64,000 bases of DNA, from positions 27,608,871-27,672,870 of the forward strand of contig NC_092676.1 of the NCBI RefSeq assembly GCF_964355755.1, read 5' to 3'. The translations under genes were made by a program, and so were the position numbers. Shown here piece after piece: positions 51,817-63,421 of this stretch. How positions within the stretch are numbered: position 1 is the stretch's first letter; each line of letters starts with the position of its first letter. The stretch is from Antedon mediterranea (Eukaryota; Animalia; Echinodermata). Below the pieces are notes generated by a model that saw nothing but the letters and a program-made list of their open reading frames with translations, was not told the origin of the DNA and ran no database searches.

Positions 51817-52138
51817 TTGAATTGAATTGAATTGAAATATATATTTATACTGGGTAACCTCTTCAGTCAAAGACTGGTCTCCCAGAGGGCCCAGTTGGTG
51901 ATCAGTGGCTGTGATGTACTAATACACCGGGGTAACCCCCTACTCGTCTCGAAAGATGTACTAGGTTCTTTAAAGTGCACACAAGCTAGATGTGTACACT
52001 GGACCTACGGTTTATAGTTCTTATCCGAGAAGACTCGTTCTACCACCAGAACCATGGAGTGAGTGAGCCTCGAACCCATGCCGATGTTATGGCTACGTAA
52101 TTACGGTTCCACTGCCTTAACCGCTCGGCCACTCACTC
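51817..52138 (-). mobile_element. Full-length tRNA-derived Deu/Nin-like SINE, (TTCAA)n tail
   Basis: Head GAGTGAGTGGCCGAGCGGTTAAGGC...GGGTTCGAGGCTCACTCACTCCA (long variable arm, Ser/Leu-tRNA-like), central domain, 3' stem-loop, ttcaa repeats. Confidence 0.85.
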
Positions 52139-53149
52139 AGTACTGTAATCTATATATTAACTACCGGTAATTGATGTATTTAATATACAGTATTCATTTT
52201 TTCATCAATTCAATATCCAGTATTTTTTGTCCGGTTGGTTAACGAAGTTATTTGAATTATTGTCAGGACAGTTAAATAATTAATTTGCTTGAGGCAACGG
52301 AAAATAAACGTATTAGTATATAAATGTGGAATTCCCAGGTCAGCACACATACCCGGTTAAATTGTACTTTGAACCAGCTTAAACCAGTTTTTGGGTTGTT
52401 GCAGTATCTATTGACCTTTTTTTGTTATTAATTTGGCAAATCACAAGAGACGCTAGTTGTTGTTGCAAAGGCTCCCTGATTTCTGCTTTAGCATTATTCA
52501 AAGTTGCAAGGTTTGTTTTTTATTTTATCTGGGGTGTTTCATTTTGTAATTTTCTATTTTTGTTATGTTATTTATACTGCCTGTTTTAAAAATCCATTTT
52601 TACATGTGACAAAAACACGATTAAAGTCACCATACCATGTGTATAGCATTGAATGGAATCGAACCTACTAGATAGTGTGAAAGAAATGACGGGTGTTCGA
52701 CTCGCAACAATTTATGTCAGACTTCCATTAAATACACGTGTATTTAAAACCTTGCACTAGCAAACCACATTTTTTTGTTTACAAACTCGAAAACGGTGTG
52801 CAGACTGGCGTCAGTAAACTGACAAATTTGTTGCAATATGTCGTAACCGTAAAAAAAGGTCTTTGGAATTGTCTTTTTAAGTTGTAATATTTAAGATTTT
52901 GTACTATTGCATATATTTCATATCCGTACCGTAGGCCTCTAGTTGTCTGGCACTGATTGAGAAGTTTGTTCACTCGATAATGGACAAGAGACCAAAAGGT
53001 ATGTGTACACAAATGGGTCTTAATTTGTTTTGTGATAAGAAAACCGTAGGCTTAGCCCAGTTTAATTTTAGATGTATCATCCCTTGACCCCCTTCAGCCA
53101 TCCTATTTACTTATATAAAACAATCTAGGTGGCGTACGTTACTCAAGTC

Positions 53150-55174
53150 ATGACGAGTAAAAAAAAAGTTTCTCTGAAAAATCAACAATATTCAACCTAT
53201 GTAATGTATACTTTATGTTTTAAGGACTTGTAAAACGCCTTCAGGATGGTGAAAATGTTATTGTTGCGGAGGGATACTTGTTTGTCTTCCAACGTCGTTG
53301 TTATTTGAAGGCTGGGGCATTTGTCCCCGAAGTGGTCATTGAACACCCTGAATTGGTCAAGCAACAGTACAGAGAATTCGTGAGAGCTGGTAGCGATGTT
53401 GTACTAGCATTTACAGTAAGAATACCGCAAGTGCATCAATTGTTCTATCCAATATTTACCAAGAAAAAATCTTGGTTCCTATTTGGGCGCGGCCGCAACA
53501 CAAAGATATAAGCGCACCGCAAGTAATCTGAACATCACGACGCGATGAATCACTGTCGCTTGTGATGATGACTCCTTTGCATCCAATTAGCTGGGAACCA
53601 ATGCGCATTTTGTTCTTGTTTTGTTAGTACTACGCACATCGTGAAAAGATGCGTCTGATTGGTCGAGAAGACGTCATAGTTGAAGCAAACAAAACAGCAC
53701 TACGTTTAGCTAGAGAAGTAGCAGACGAGACTGGAACGTTGATGGCGGGAAATGTTTGCAATACAACTTTATATGAAACAAATGGCACGAATGATGCCGT
53801 GTTGAGTAGTTTCAAGGTAACTTTAATAAGTTAAGTTACAATGCTTAAAATAAATGTAAATAAACGATAAATGTGAAATAAAAGACAAAAATCGCTTATA
53901 AAATAAAACATGAACTCGGGTTGCCTTCATATTCAAATGCAAACGCCTTTCATATACTTTATTTCTAATGCTTGGTTCCCACAGGTACGTAACCGCGTCG
54001 CATGTAATTTGACCTATCACAACGCGATGGATCATTCGAACTGTCGCTTGTGATTGGTCAACTCACTTGCGGTTCGCCTACGTTGTAACAATGTTTCTAA
54101 AAGTGGAAACCAAGCCTTAAGGTGGTATTTTTATTCTATTTAACAAAAAATATTTACCTGTTTTTCTAATTTCTAAATAGGAACAAATTGAGTGGGCTAT
54201 GGAATTCAATGCAGATTTCATAGTGGGAGAAACATTCAGTGAGCACGGCGAAGCAATGATGGCCTTAGAGGCGATAAAGACATATGGAAAAGGTAACTTT
54301 ATTTGTACGTTATAGCGAAAAATTAGGTCTTTTCGTCTTTTATTAAGTTGTACATCGGCCGCTTATTCAATCATTAATTAATAGTTATATAATATTCAGT
54401 GCCTGCAGTGATAACAATGGCGTCACACAAATTTGACGTCAACGGTGACGTCGGTACAATGGATGGCTACACTCTTCAGGATTGTTGTAAACTATTAGAA
54501 GACGCCGGTGCTGCCGTGGTTGGTTTAAACTGCACACGTGGTCCTTCAACTATGCTACCAATTATGGAAAAAATTAGGAAAACTTGCAAGGGCCCGATTG
54601 CCGCTCTACCAGTGGCATACAGGACTACAAAAGAAGAGCCAACATTTCAGTCTTTGACGGATCCGTCTGACGGTTTGTCCCTCATTTCATTTTCATTTCA
54701 TTTAATTTATACACATTTAGTCATCGCAAGGATCTTGCACTTAGAAGTTTACAAAGTTTTGAAATGATTTTGTAGTTTATAACTTTCTCATTTTTTTTTC
54801 GAGTTTGTATGTAGGCATATGATATTCCCGTTCGGTTTGGTTCCGTTCGGTTTGGTTCGGTTCCGTTCGGTTTCTATTCTACTTCTGTGTTTGTTTATGT
54901 TATAGGATCAAGAATATTTCCAGATGATCTGGAATGCCGAACCTCTTGTTGCAAAGACTTTTTTGAGTTTGGAAAGAAGTGTAAAGAGATCGGAATCCAG
55001 TATGTTGGTATCTGCTGTGGCAACGCGTGCAAGTTCACCCGAAGTCTTGCGGAATCTTTGGGACGTCAACCAGATGCAAGCCGCTATTCAACTGATATGT
55101 CGCAACATTATACATTTGGAAGCGATTCTTCATTTCGAAAGTCGTATACCGTTGACCTAAAAGCAGCAATTTAA
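53150..55174 (+). CDS. BHMT: Betaine-homocysteine S-methyltransferase family protein, about 346 aa
   Basis: Exons 53150-53156 (boundary uncertain), 53225-53415, 53628-53816, 54181-54292, 54400-54672, 54906-55174. Motifs [19 protein letters not shown] and GICCG (three Zn-ligand Cys), LPVAYRT, FPDDLE. Upstream TATA-like TATATAAA near 52317 and a UTR-exon donor near 52511. Confidence 0.88.
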
Positions 55175-57496
55175 ATAAAGCATATCGAATGAAGAACAAG
55201 TAGTTCTCAAGAAAATGCAATTTCAATTTGTTACTTTAAGAATGCTCGCCGGCTTTTTAAAATTCTGTCCTATCTTTTAAAACTCAGGTCTGAAAATAAT
55301 ACTAAAAAGTGGTCTAGAATTGGGACCGTGGTCTGGATTGCCTCCAAAATTAAATAGAATGGTCCTTTACCACATATCTATCTGTACTTTTAGTTTGGTA
55401 TAGATCTTGCAAACTTTTTAAGTAATCCTAGAGACAGACAGACACACACACGCGATCGATTACATATACCTCCTTGGCGGAGGTAAATAATCAAACTCAT
55501 CTTGAAATAGACTCCCTTAAAAAAGTTGCTGTTAAGGCTAGTACGACGATAGCTAAAAATAAATAAATCAGTTGTAGTCGTTTTTTATGATTGGTGATCT
55601 AGTCTGTTTAACCTTTTTTTTAATAAATCCTATCCAACTGTGTTTAACAAGAAAATGAAAAATTCAGAAAGACGGAGTAGTTCATTAAACCAGTCAGTAC
55701 GTTCGTGTTTTGTATTCTATATAGATAGGCCTATATAATTAATCAATTAAGGATAAATAAGAGAATAAAAAAAGAATATAGTAGTCATATGGACTGCACG
55801 CACATGATGTGTTATTGATTAAAGAAATTAGGTTTCACCACGAATCAGGACCATCTGTGTACGCGTGCGTACGTGATAGTTGCATGCAGCATGGAGCTTA
55901 ACTCTATATGGTTGTAGTAGATAAATACATTGATTTGTAAAGACAAATTTTGATTATATGACATTACAGATCTGTAAACATTATAATACAAACGTATTGA
56001 GTTAAAGTTGACATCTGTTTCTGTTTATTTCATACGTATTAGGTATAATATAGTCTTGCAATATTTACCAGCGATAACTTTGATCATGGAGGTATAAAAT
56101 ACCTCCATGCTTCGATGGTGATGCCCTTTTTATATGTAAACTGCTTATACTACCAGATCGATGTAAATGATATCTTATTGATTATTGATTAAGTTGAAAT
56201 ACCAATCAGCTGTTGATATTTATCAATTATTGTTTTCTGTTTGTAGAACGTGCTTAATAGTCATGTATGGTCTCTTGTAACCCAACAAAATTGCTATAAA
56301 AACGCAATCTCGCAGATGCCTCGCATTCAAGAAGAAGTTTCGTCTGATACTGTTTATGATTAGTTCGGCAGCCTCAACATAACTTAAGGTAGGAGGTACA
56401 CACCGATCGGGTGATAGCTTATTTTCTTCAAAATCTTCTTTATTGTTTATTTTCATGTTGTTATCATAACATTGTTTTATTGTAGGCTACTTTGTACGAT
56501 TTTTTAAATCAGAAAGTATTTAGATGATGTATTATCAGATATGTTCTTCTCTACCTTGAAGTTTCACTGAGACATGGGTCGGTTGTGCAATTTGTAATTT
56601 GATTGTATGTGCAATTAATACAACTTAGTTCTATTAGCGGGAGGCCGCTTCATTAGCCACTTAACCTTATCGGAACTTCCAAATTTTCATAAATAAAATT
56701 AAAAAACAAAAACCCTTACTGATCATTTTTAAGTATTGCGTTATACACTAAAACACAACCAAAATGTCGAAAGTAATCCAAGATACACCACAAGCAGACA
56801 TAATATATTGTTATGTTTTTTTTGGGTCACAAATCAAGTATTTGCACCAATTTACCATCTCTTCATCAATGCCAATTCCATCAATTTAATTATTCTATCG
56901 AAACCACAGATCTCTTTCTATAGAACAAATATAATTTTTCTTTAGAATATCTAAAAAAATATATAGAAAAGTGCAACCTTTATATAGAACTTTTATAGTG
57001 GTTTTTTGTATTATAGAGTTTTTATAGAATTCTTCTGGAGTTTTTAGTATAGATTTTATACAGAATTTTTATAGTGTCTATAGAACGATTCTATAACAAA
57101 ATTCTACAGAATGGTTTTTTTTAGAATTCTATAGAAAATTGTTTGTAAGGGCCGATAATTACGAAGCAACAAAACTGGGCAATTATTCAATTATTACAAT
57201 TGTGACGATTTATTGTGAAATGATTATTAGTGGCTAGAGCAGTCTACAATATTTTTTAGTTCGGTATATGGCCACTAAGTGCATATCTAACCGTTTTTTT
57301 TTCTTAATTTGATTTAATCTATTTCTGGTATATCAATTATTATTGTTTTCATATCAGATAATTGTTTGTCTGCCTGTATACGTTTCTTGTTTCTCTTGTT
57401 TGTTTTGTATTGTTCTTTTTTATAGTATAGTATTATAATATATAGTATCTTTAGCCGCACAATAATGTTACTTCGTTTATTTGTGGCAGCCTAGGC

Positions 57497-58398
57497 ATAA
57501 AGTTGGGATCATTTCCAGGCTTTCTTCCTTCCTCCCAACTAATATTCTCAGGACCCTTTATTGCACACTCATCCTTCCTTATTTGAGCTATGGTAACATT
57601 GTCTGGGCCAACACTTACCCTTCAAACATCATTAAACTCTCTATCCTACAAAAAAAAGCTATCAGGACTATATCTGGCGCTCATCCACTGTCACATTCCT
57701 CCCACTTATTCTTCAAACTCAATCTTCTCAAACTCTCGGACATTAACCTATCCCAGCAAGGTGTCTGTTTTTTTGGCCACTCACTCACTTCTCCCTTGCC
57801 ATCTAAACGACCTTTTCGCTCCTAATAATACCGTTCATAAATATTATACTAGAACAAGAAATAACATATATATCCCTAACCATAACACCAATTATTTTCA
57901 ACATAGCATTAGATATTCTGGACCTCTATTGTTTAACAATTTACCCCCCTCAATTTCCTGTGCTGCTAACCGCTATTCATTCAATAATAACATAAAAAAT
58001 TACCTTTTGTCTCATTACTGATCGATCTGTTTGATATGGTCGTTGTTTCCATGTTCCGTCGTGACTTGCTATCTTTATTATTCAATTGTCATCATATTCG
58101 CTATATGCCATGCAGCTGTACTTTTTTCTGTTCTTTTTTTATTTTTTATTCCAACTTTTATCTACTGGTTTTATATATATTTTGTATTTCTTTATTGTTT
58201 AATTAATTTATTTTCTTTATTTGTATATATTTTTTTTTTCTTCTCTTAATTTAAATATTTTGTAAAGGCAATCCCGTCAAAAGATTGTAATCTTTTTGGG
58301 ATTTGCCTTCGTCCATTTTCTTGTTTTATCACTTGCCATTTTGTTTTTGTTACTTTTGTCTTTTGGACGTGAATAAATGTTCCTTGAATTGAATTGAA
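57497..58398 (+). mobile_element. 5'-truncated CR1/L2-type LINE (ORF2 C-terminus, 3' UTR and tail), frameshifted
   Basis: ORFs 57481 and 57590 join to KVGIISRL..LRTLYCTLILPYLSYGNIVW..LQKKAIRTI..LFFKLNLLKLSDI..YYTR..SIRYSGPLLFNNLP; 3' stem-loop aaggcaatccc..gggatttgcctt; AATAAA; (TTGAA)n tail. Confidence 0.85.
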
Positions 58399-58525
58399 AA
58401 AAGTTGATTTAGCTTAACTAGGCTTTCTTCTACGCATAAAATGTTGTTCTTGTTGTTTACGAACTTGTTCAGTAGCATAATGTGTTATCTGTGATGTAGC
58501 CTACGGTACCGTACTTGTTTTCAGG

Positions 58526-59669
58526 ATGAATAAAGTAACAGGAGTCCTCTTGATTGCACTTTGCATGGTTCTGATAACTGGATGTTATGCTCGAAGTGAA
58601 AGTAAGTTATTAACACTATGAATGTGCATACTGCTCTAAAGCTCTGTCCACACTATCAAACATGATAATAATCAAATGTGATGTGCCCATATATGTAGGC
58701 CTACTTGGTGACATCATATCACTACCATATTTGGGAATATCACTACCATATTTTGGAATATCACTACCATATTTGGGCACATCACTTTTTTTTAAATCAA
58801 ACTAGTTTGATAGTGTAGACAGAGCTTAAGATTTCTCCCCACGCGCGCAACATTACACATCGTTGGACAATTAACTTGCGTCGCGTTTACATCGTTATAA
58901 ACGCGTTTGTTCTACGACGTAAACGCACCATCTAATTACGCCTGACGAAAACAAAATTATACTTTTCAATACTGTAATATTTATCATTTTATGAATTTGT
59001 ATAAATATTCGTAGGTAGGCCTGTTTCTAATGGAAACAGAGGAAGAATGCTGTGCCAGGATGGCGACGGTAACTATTTCTTTTGTGAAACAGACAATAGT
59101 TCCGGCAATAGTCCAAAATGCCTGGCAAGTGGATGGAAAAGATCAGCTGGGTAAGTGCTGTTGAAGTTTACATAATATAAACCTACCTAACTACCTAAGT
59201 CTACACTATCAAACTTTATGTGACAACAAAATGTGATGTGCCCATATATGGACATGGTGATGTCATATCACTACCATATTTAAGCATATCACTTCCATAT
59301 TTGGGCACATCACACTTTTTTTGTCAAACTAGTTTGATAGTGTTGACTGAGTTTAAGATTTATCGTTAATAGTGTGCGCGACGCATGGTGGAAGGACTTG
59401 GGAACAAACATCACGACGCGTACGTACGTGATTTGTTGTTTCCCTAAAATTGAACTAAAACTCTGCAAATTTCATTATTAGTTAATGATAATTCACAACA
59501 GGTGGTTTCTGTAATAATGAAAATAGTTCTACGTGACGTGGCTAACGATTAAACACGGAACGATCGCCGCAGTATCAAATTAATATTTTATATAATATTG
59601 CTGTTTAATATTTTTTAACTTTTCTAATTTAGTGATCAAAATCCTGCCTCTACGCCTCCTTCATGCTAG
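58526..59669 (+). CDS. Small secreted cysteine-containing peptide precursor, 82 aa, three coding exons (not in ORF track)
   Basis: Exons 58526-58601, 59015-59150, 59633-59669 (249 nt); both donors are gtaagt and phases 1 and 2 match. MNKVTGVLLIALCMVLITGCYA-RSESRPVSNGNRGRMLCQDGDGNYFFCETDNSSGNSPKCLASGWKRSAGDQNPASTPPSC*. AATAAA near 59788. Confidence 0.72.
58640..58826. mobile_element. MITE family A copy with intact TAA target-site duplication
   Basis: TAA|AGCTCTGTCCACACTATCAAAC...GTTTGATAGTGTAGACAGAGCT|TAA in intron 1 of the peptide gene. Confidence 0.88.
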
Positions 59670-59859
59670 TGGTCAAAGCTAGTGGTCAATGCTAGCGGTC
59701 AAATTGAACAATATCAGAAGCTGAGCAACTATTATCGTGCAGAACTAGTATCGTGTTTTATCCACTTTTGAATGTCCACTAGTTAAAAATAAAATGATTG
59801 CAAAAAATATGTGTAGTTGTATCTTTGTTGACGCATGAGTATGACATAGTAATTTTGTC

Positions 59860-62720
59860 AAAAATGACAAAAATATTGACTTTTTCTAATTTAATTATTA
59901 TGCAATAATATTGCCATATATGCGCATATATTGCATTATAATCAACTTATAGAGTCATAGTAACCGGTTTTTAAAATTCAATTATTATGCAATAATATTG
60001 TAATATATGCGCATATATTGCGTTATCAGATTTGTCGAAAAATGAAAAGGTGAAAATGTGGTCATTTTTCGAAAGTTTATATTTTTCATTTATGTCAAAA
60101 AATAAAATAGTAATGCTGTAGTAACCATTTATGTCAAAAAATTAAAATGTCCATGTACTATAGTACAGGGATTTTTTTCAGAAAATGGTCAAATTTCGAC
60201 CTTTTTATTTTTCGATAAAACTGGTTACTATAGCATAATTGACATGCGCAGTGCCCATTATTCGACTCTGCGCATGTTTATTATGCTGTAGTAACCATTT
60301 ATGTCAAAAAATAAAAGGGTCCAAAATTGCCTATTTTTCGAAAATGTCCATGTACTATTATAGTACAGGGATTTTTTCAGAAAATGGCAAAATTTCGACC
60401 TTTTTATTTTTCGATAAAACTGGTTACTATAGCATAATTGACATGCGCAGAGCCCATTATTCGACTCTGCGCATGTTTATTATGCTGTAGTAACCATTTA
60501 TGTCAAAAAATAAAAGGGCTGGTTACTATAGCATAATTGACCCGCGCAGAACCCATTATTCGACTCTGCGCATGTTTATTATGCTATAGTAACCATTTAT
60601 GTCAAAAAATAAAAGGGTCGAAAATTGCCTATTTTTTGAAAATTTCCCTGTACTATAGTACAGGGATTTTTTTCAGAGAATGGCCAAATTTCGACCTTTT
60701 TATTTTTCGATAAAACTGGTTACTATAGCATAATTGTCATGCGCAGAGCCCATTATTCGACAATGCGCATGTTTATTATGCTGTAGTAACCATTTATGTC
60801 AAAAAATAAAAGGGCTGGTTACTATAGCATAATTGACATGCGCAGAACCCATTATTGGACTCTGCGCATGTTTATTATGGTATAGTAACCATTTTTGTCA
60901 AAAAATAAAAGGGTCGAAAATTGCCTATTTTTCCTAAATGTCCATGTACTATAGTACAGGGATTTTTTTCAGAAAATGGTCAAATTTCGACCTTTTTATT
61001 TTTCGATAAAACTGGTTACTATAGCATAATTGACATGCGCAGAGCCCATTATTCGACTCTGCGCATGTTTATTATGCTGTAGTAACCATTTATGTCAAAA
61101 AATAAAAGGGCTGGTTACTATAGCATAATTGAAATGCGCAGAACCCATTATTCGACTCTGCGCATGTTTATTATGCTATAGTAACCATTTATGTCAAAAA
61201 ATAAAAGGGTCGAAAATTGCCTATTTTTCGAAAATTTCCCTGTACTATAGTACAGGGATTTTTTTCAGAAAATGGCCAAATTTCGACCTTTTTATTTTTC
61301 GATAAAACTGGTTACTATAGCATAATTGACATGCGCAGAGCCCATTATTCGACAATGCGCATGTTTATTATGCTGTAGTAACCATTTATGTCAAAAAATA
61401 AAAGGGCTGGTTACTATAGCATAATTGACATGCGCAGAACCCATTATTCGACTCTGCGCATGTTTATTATGCTATAGTAACCATTTATGTCAAAAAATAA
61501 AAGGGTCGAAAATTGCCTATTTTTCGAAAATGTCCATGTACTATAGTACAGGGATTTTTTCAGAAAATGGCAAAATTTCGACCTTTTTATTTTTCGATAA
61601 AACTAGTTACTATAGCATAATTGACATGCGCAGAGCCCATTATTCGACTCTGCGCATGTTTATTATGCTGTAGTAACCATTTATGTCAACAAATAAAAGG
61701 GCTGGTTACTATAGCATAATTGAAATGCGCAGAACCCATTATTCTACTCTGCGCATGTTTATTATGCTATAGTAACCATTTATGTCAAAAAATTAAAGGA
61801 CTGGTTACTATAGCATAATTGACATGCGCAGAACCCATTATTCGACTCTGCGCATGTTTATTATGCTATAGTAACCATTTTTGTCAAAAAATAAAAGGGT
61901 CGAAAATTGCCTATTTTTCGAAAATTTCCATGTACTATAGTACAGGGATTTTTTCAGAAAATGGACAAATTTCGACCTTTTTATTTTTCGATACTGTAAA
62001 ACTGGTTACTGTAGCATAATTGACATGCGCAGAACCCATTATTCGACTCTGCGCATGTTTATTATGCTGTAGTAACCATTTATGTCAAAAAATAAAAGGG
62101 CTGGTTACTATAGCATAACTGACATGCGCAAACCCATTATTCGACTCTGCGCATGTTTATTATGCTATAGTAACCATTTATGTCAAAAAATAAAAGGGTC
62201 GAAAATTGCCTATTTTTCGAAAATTTCCCTGTACTGTAGTACAGGGATTTTTTCAGAAAATGGCCAAATTTCGACCTTTTTATTTTTCGATAAAACTGGT
62301 TACTATAGCATAATTGACATGCGCAGAGCCCATTATTCGACTCTGCGCATGTTTATTATGCTGTAGTAACCATTTATGTCAAAAAATAAAAGGGCTGGTT
62401 ACTATAGCATAATTGACATGCGCAGAGCCCATTATTCGACTCTGCGCATGTTTATTATGCTGTAGTAACCATTTATGTCAAAAAATAAAAGGGTCAAAAA
62501 TTGGCAATTTTTCAACAATTTCCAAAATGACCAACATATCGACTTTTTCAAATTCAATTATTATGCAATAATATTGCCATATATGCGCATATATTGCGTT
62601 ACAATCAAATTATAGAGTCATAGTAACCAGTTTTGTCGAAAACTAAAAAGGTGAAAATGTGGTCATTTTTCTAAAATGGCCAAAATATTAACTTTTATAA
62701 TATTGAGGTAACATGTGCAG
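59860..62720. repeat. Composite satellite of palindromic units (16 copies of a 74-bp hairpin alternating with short or long spacers), flanked by related blocks
   Basis: Hairpin starts near 60222, 60421, 60520, 60717, 60816, 61013, 61112, 61309, 61408, 61603, 61702, 61802, 62003, 62102, 62297, 62396; periods about 99 and 195-200 bp. Confidence 0.92.
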
Positions 62721-63211
62721 TACACATTTTGTGCGTCTACACATGCCAATTTATGATTTAGGAATCAGTTATGTTGTAAAATAAAAGGGTAAAAATGTTT
62801 CATTACCGTATGGTGTATTTATAAACTCTGTTTAATTTCAATAATATATACACAGAAACAGTAAGGCTATACATATATACAAATCAATAAAATAAAAACA
62901 AAATTTACCAAGCAAGCAACATCCTACAATCATTAAACTAAAAACATCATTTGAATAAAAATAAACAATTACGTACAGAAACAAAATAAGTGCGGTGGTT
63001 TTATGTACCCCGTCCGCATGATCATGTATGTTATCACCCAAACATACCCTACACTAAATTCATGTTTAATGCTTTGTTCACACTATCAAACTTGTATGTG
63101 TCTCTTGTATGGAGAAAAACAATTTGTATTTGCTTGGTTCTATTGTACCCTTAAACTTTTGCTTTGTTGCATTAACTAGGAATAAATGCACGATGCTTTC
63201 CAAAATAGATA

Positions 63212-63377
63212 AGCGTGGTTCCCACTAGCGACGCAACGCAAGGACGTAACGCAACGGAAGTGAATTGACCAATCACAAGCGATGGCTTATTCGCTTGTGA
63301 TTGCTAACTGTCTATAACTTCGCTTGTCATTGGTTAAAACGCTTGCGTTGCGTTTACGTTCTAGTGGGAACCAAGCT
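63212..63377. mobile_element. MITE family B copy, inverted relative to 49729-49907
   Basis: AGCGTGGTTCCCACTAG...CTAGTGGGAACCAAGCT; near-identical internal sequence in reverse complement. Confidence 0.85.
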
Positions 63378-63421
63378 TTAGATATGATAGAAAAGTATAA
63401 TAGACAAAACTATATTTATTG

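Noticed and set aside
52055-52138. tRNA gene (Ser/Leu-like)
   Set aside because: The anticodon arm is irregular and the sequence continues into a SINE body present in four copies.
60110-62520. CRISPR-like array of palindromic repeats, and ORFs MTCAEPIIRLCAC...
   Set aside because: The spacers are themselves repeated rather than unique, the repeats are too long, there are no cas genes and the context is eukaryotic. The ORFs are repeat read-through.
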